48,859 nt of DNA from Bacteriovoracaceae bacterium (GTDB lineage Bacteria > Bdellovibrionota > UBA1018). Within the stretch, counting starts at the first letter, position 1. Every line of letters starts with the position of its first letter. Below, one piece after another: positions 46,764 to 48,859 of this stretch. The stretch covers positions 1 to 48,859 of the forward strand of contig CANHSO010000002.1 in assembly GCA_947463705.1 (NCBI GenBank). Direction: 5' to 3'. Below the pieces are notes generated by a model. The model was not told where the DNA came from, did not search any database, and worked only from the letters and a program-made list of their open reading frames with translations. The translations under genes and the position numbers were made by a program.

Positions 46764-47876
46764 GTGTCAGAAAAAGATTTGACTTTAGGGGAGTTTTTAA
46801 GAAACGAGCGCGAACTGCGCGGAATCACAATTGAGCAGGTCGCATCTGCGACCAAAGTAGGGGTGAGAACCCTTCACGCTCTTGAAGCGGACCATTACTC
46901 AGAACTTCCGGCAAAGCCCTATATTAGAGGTTTTGTTACATCCTACTGCCGATTTATTGGGTTGGATCCTAAAGAGATCCGTTCGCGATTTGATCAATAC
47001 ATTTCAAAGCGCGCAATGGACCGTCCTAATCGGGAGGGCGGGCATAGCGGGTATGCGTTTGAGAAAAAAGATGGAGACCAACAAAGCCGTACGATCCTCA
47101 TGATTGGGATTTGCGCGTTCATGGTGATTGGTGGTGGTTTCGTTCTCTTTTTTAAGCCTTCGTTAAAGCATCACCGTGCGTCGCATATCGATCGCCTTCG
47201 TGCCGCGCAGTCTACGTCAGTAACTCAAGAGGGGGTCGTGACACCGGTTGCCCAGGTTTTACCTTCTCCCGCAGCGTCTTTGAGTTTGGTTGCTGAGCAA
47301 GCTTCTGAATCCCCTGCTCCCCAGCGAGAGGAGGCTTCAGCTATCTCTCAATCAGCCGGGTCTAATACAGGCTGGAGTGGGCCGCTTTCAGCGGAGCCAG
47401 CTCGAGTTCCCGAAGTGAGCCCTCAGGCTGCACAGCCATCACCGTCTCCGGTGTCATCGAGTAACGTCAGCTCGGACGACCCCTTGGATTCGGGGCTGGC
47501 GCTTAAAACGGATGAAATTCATCATAAAGCGATTTTCAAGCCCGAAGTAGATGTTTGGTTTAGGTACCAAGTAGACGAGCGACCAGTTCGTAAGTTTATT
47601 GTTCGCAAAGGAAAGGTATTAGTCCTAAGGGCAACTCATCAGATTCTGGTTCAGGTGACTGACCCGGAATTAGTGCCTTTTTCATATAACGGGAAACATT
47701 ATTCTTCTGTGATTAAGTCAAAATTAACGCGGCTCATCCACGGCGCTGCGTCATTGTCTCTGGCTGAGGGGGCTTCTGAGAGTCATCTTTTTGGCAGTGC
47801 GTTCTTCAAGTCAGATTCAGGACTTCCTAATGTGACTGCCGCAGAGAGTAAACAAAAGCTGTCTGCAGATGAGTAG
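46764..47876 (+). CDS. rodZ: RodZ-like cytoskeleton protein (HTH_25 domain, TM, P/S/A-rich linker, DUF4115-like C-terminus).
   Basis: LGEFLRNERELRGITIEQVASATKVGVRTLHALEADHYSELPAKPYIRGFVTSYCRFIGLD, TM ILMIGICAFMVIGGGFVLFF, and the C-terminal VWFRYQVDERP...VLVLRATHQILVQV. It uses a GTG start. Confidence 0.8.
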   Translation: MSEKDLTLGEFLRNERELRGITIEQVASATKVGVRTLHALEADHYSELPAKPYIRGFVTSYCRFIGLDPKEIRSRFDQYISKRAMDRPNREGGHSGYAFEKKDGDQQSRTILMIGICAFMVIGGGFVLFFKPSLKHHRASHIDRLRAAQSTSVTQEGVVTPVAQVLPSPAASLSLVAEQASESPAPQREEASAISQSAGSNTGWSGPLSAEPARVPEVSPQAAQPSPSPVSSSNVSSDDPLDSGLALKTDEIHHKAIFKPEVDVWFRYQVDERPVRKFIVRKGKVLVLRATHQILVQVTDPELVPFSYNGKHYSSVIKSKLTRLIHGAASLSLAEGASESHLFGSAFFKSDSGLPNVTAAESKQKLSADE

Positions 47877-47892
47877 GCTTATCTAGAATAAG

Positions 47893-48001
47893 TTATCCAC
47901 ACGATAACCCCTAGTTATCCACATGATCTAAGTAATTGAAAGCATAGGATTAAATTCGTTTTAGTCAGGGGTTTTCGTTGTTTCGAGAAAAGTTATCCAC
48001 A
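47893..48001 (+). promoter_or_regulatory. Cluster of three perfect, co-oriented DnaA boxes.
   Basis: TTATCCACA occurs at 47893-47901, 47915-47923 and 47993-48001. Each is embedded in the identical 11-mer AGTTATCCACA. An AT-rich tract follows at about 48056-48110. Confidence 0.8.
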
Positions 48002-48142
48002 AGGTTTGTGCATCATCACATTCTCGGTGACTCGGAAATGAGTCTAGATCTTGATCTTGAAAATTTTTTTAAACTCTATTTATTAGTATGAATCTAATTT
48101 CGACCTATTCTACTATCCAGATTTGAATTGGTCGAACTTTCT

Positions 48143-48859
48143 TCACCAAGAGGCTCTTCGGAAACTAAAAATACCCAGACAGAAAAGAATGATGTTGGCA
48201 GCCTGCATTCCCAAAAATGGGCTGACAGTGTCGTGGGTCATTGCAGAGGCCCCCCAAACCTGAATACTCCAATAGAAAATGGCGACTAGGAGTCCAATGA
48301 GGACTCCGCTTACTCGAGCTGTACGTTGTCGAAAGACACCAAAGCCGATTCCCAGAAAAACAAAAATCAGCGGACTCAGCGCAAGTGAGTTCCTTCTCCA
48401 GTATTCACCTAGGTGATCTCTTTTGGATGTTGAGTCGGGAGGGCTAGTTGCAATGATTCTTAAGAGTTCTTGTTGGGGGATCATTTGAGGGTTACCGACG
48501 GATGGATCACCGGCCTCATTGATTTTTAGGAAAAGCTGATAGTCATCAAAGTCAATTTTTTCATAGGTTTTCTGATCCAAGTTGCTGTGATGCACTGCTC
48601 CATTAGAGAGTTTAAAAATGATCGATGAGCCCAGGTCTTGTCGGGTTGGCATAGGCAAAATCTCTGCTTCTTTTGCGACGTAGACGAGAGGGCTCTCGGG
48701 TTCTCGCTCATCGTAGATAAAAACGCGCTTCAGACTATTGTTTTTTTGATCGACCTTATCTGTAAAGATGAGCATGTCGAAAAATCCAGGAGTAAAAGCG
48801 CCTTCTTTGATGGCCGAGGCAATTTTGGTATTTCGAATTTTCTCTTCGATGACCTTGTA
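48143..48859 (-). CDS. LptF/LptG family LPS export permease, C-terminal part (N-terminus beyond the right edge).
   Basis: The frame is open upstream of the track Met to the window edge (YKVIEEKIRNTKIASAIKEGAFTPGFFDMLIF...). It has the periplasmic beta-jellyroll-like segment followed by the C-terminal TM helices typical of YjgP/YjgQ proteins. Confidence 0.8.
   Translation of the reverse strand, partial: YKVIEEKIRNTKIASAIKEGAFTPGFFDMLIFTDKVDQKNNSLKRVFIYDEREPESPLVYVAKEAEILPMPTRQDLGSSIIFKLSNGAVHHSNLDQKTYEKIDFDDYQLFLKINEAGDPSVGNPQMIPQQELLRIIATSPPDSTSKRDHLGEYWRRNSLALSPLIFVFLGIGFGVFRQRTARVSGVLIGLLVAIFYWSIQVWGASAMTHDTVSPFLGMQAANIILFCLGIFSFRRASW

Overview
This is a 48.9-kb chromosomal window from a Gram-negative bacterium, shown by lpxC, an LptF/LptG-type permease and a GT9 heptosyltransferase. 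An MglA GTPase, several secreted peptidases (S8, C11, M16 pair) and a serine-palmitoyltransferase-like enzyme fit a Bdellovibrio/Bacteriovorax-like or related lineage, but that is inference only. Most of the window is densely packed housekeeping. It carries the M16 peptidase pair, ftsQ-ftsA-ftsZ, dnaX-recR-mglA-dksA-like, mscS, ogt, mltG and rho. It also carries rpmE-DUF1385-prfA-prmC-murA-HIT, ruvCAB, lpxC, tRNA-Pro(GGG), lepA-lepB-like, a RumA-type methyltransferase, and a PilF-like TPR protein followed by a RodZ-like protein. Four parts look accessory. The first is the left 3 kb, with an edge-truncated AAA+ ATPase, a ~120-bp direct repeat pair around a DUF2079 membrane protein, and an orphan antitoxin-like ORF. 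The second is the tRNA-Pro/C11 peptidase/short RecQ segment. The third is a six-gene glycan or lipid-modification cluster (35.5-41 kb). The fourth is a small His/Ala-rich secreted protein. I saw no CRISPR array, transposase, integrase or phage structural gene. No obvious complete novel multi-gene system (for example a defence system) is visible. The points most worth a second look: (1) three perfect DnaA boxes plus an AT-rich tract in a convergent intergenic region; (2) a lepB homologue in the canonical lepA-lepB position whose catalytic Ser and Lys read as Ala and Arg; (3) an FtsA that appears to lack subdomain 1C; (4) the unexplained direct repeat pair; (5) an SPT-like/GNAT gene pair; (6) mglA translationally coupled into a dnaX-recR operon with no mglB. 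All family calls come from motif recognition by eye, and no database search was run.
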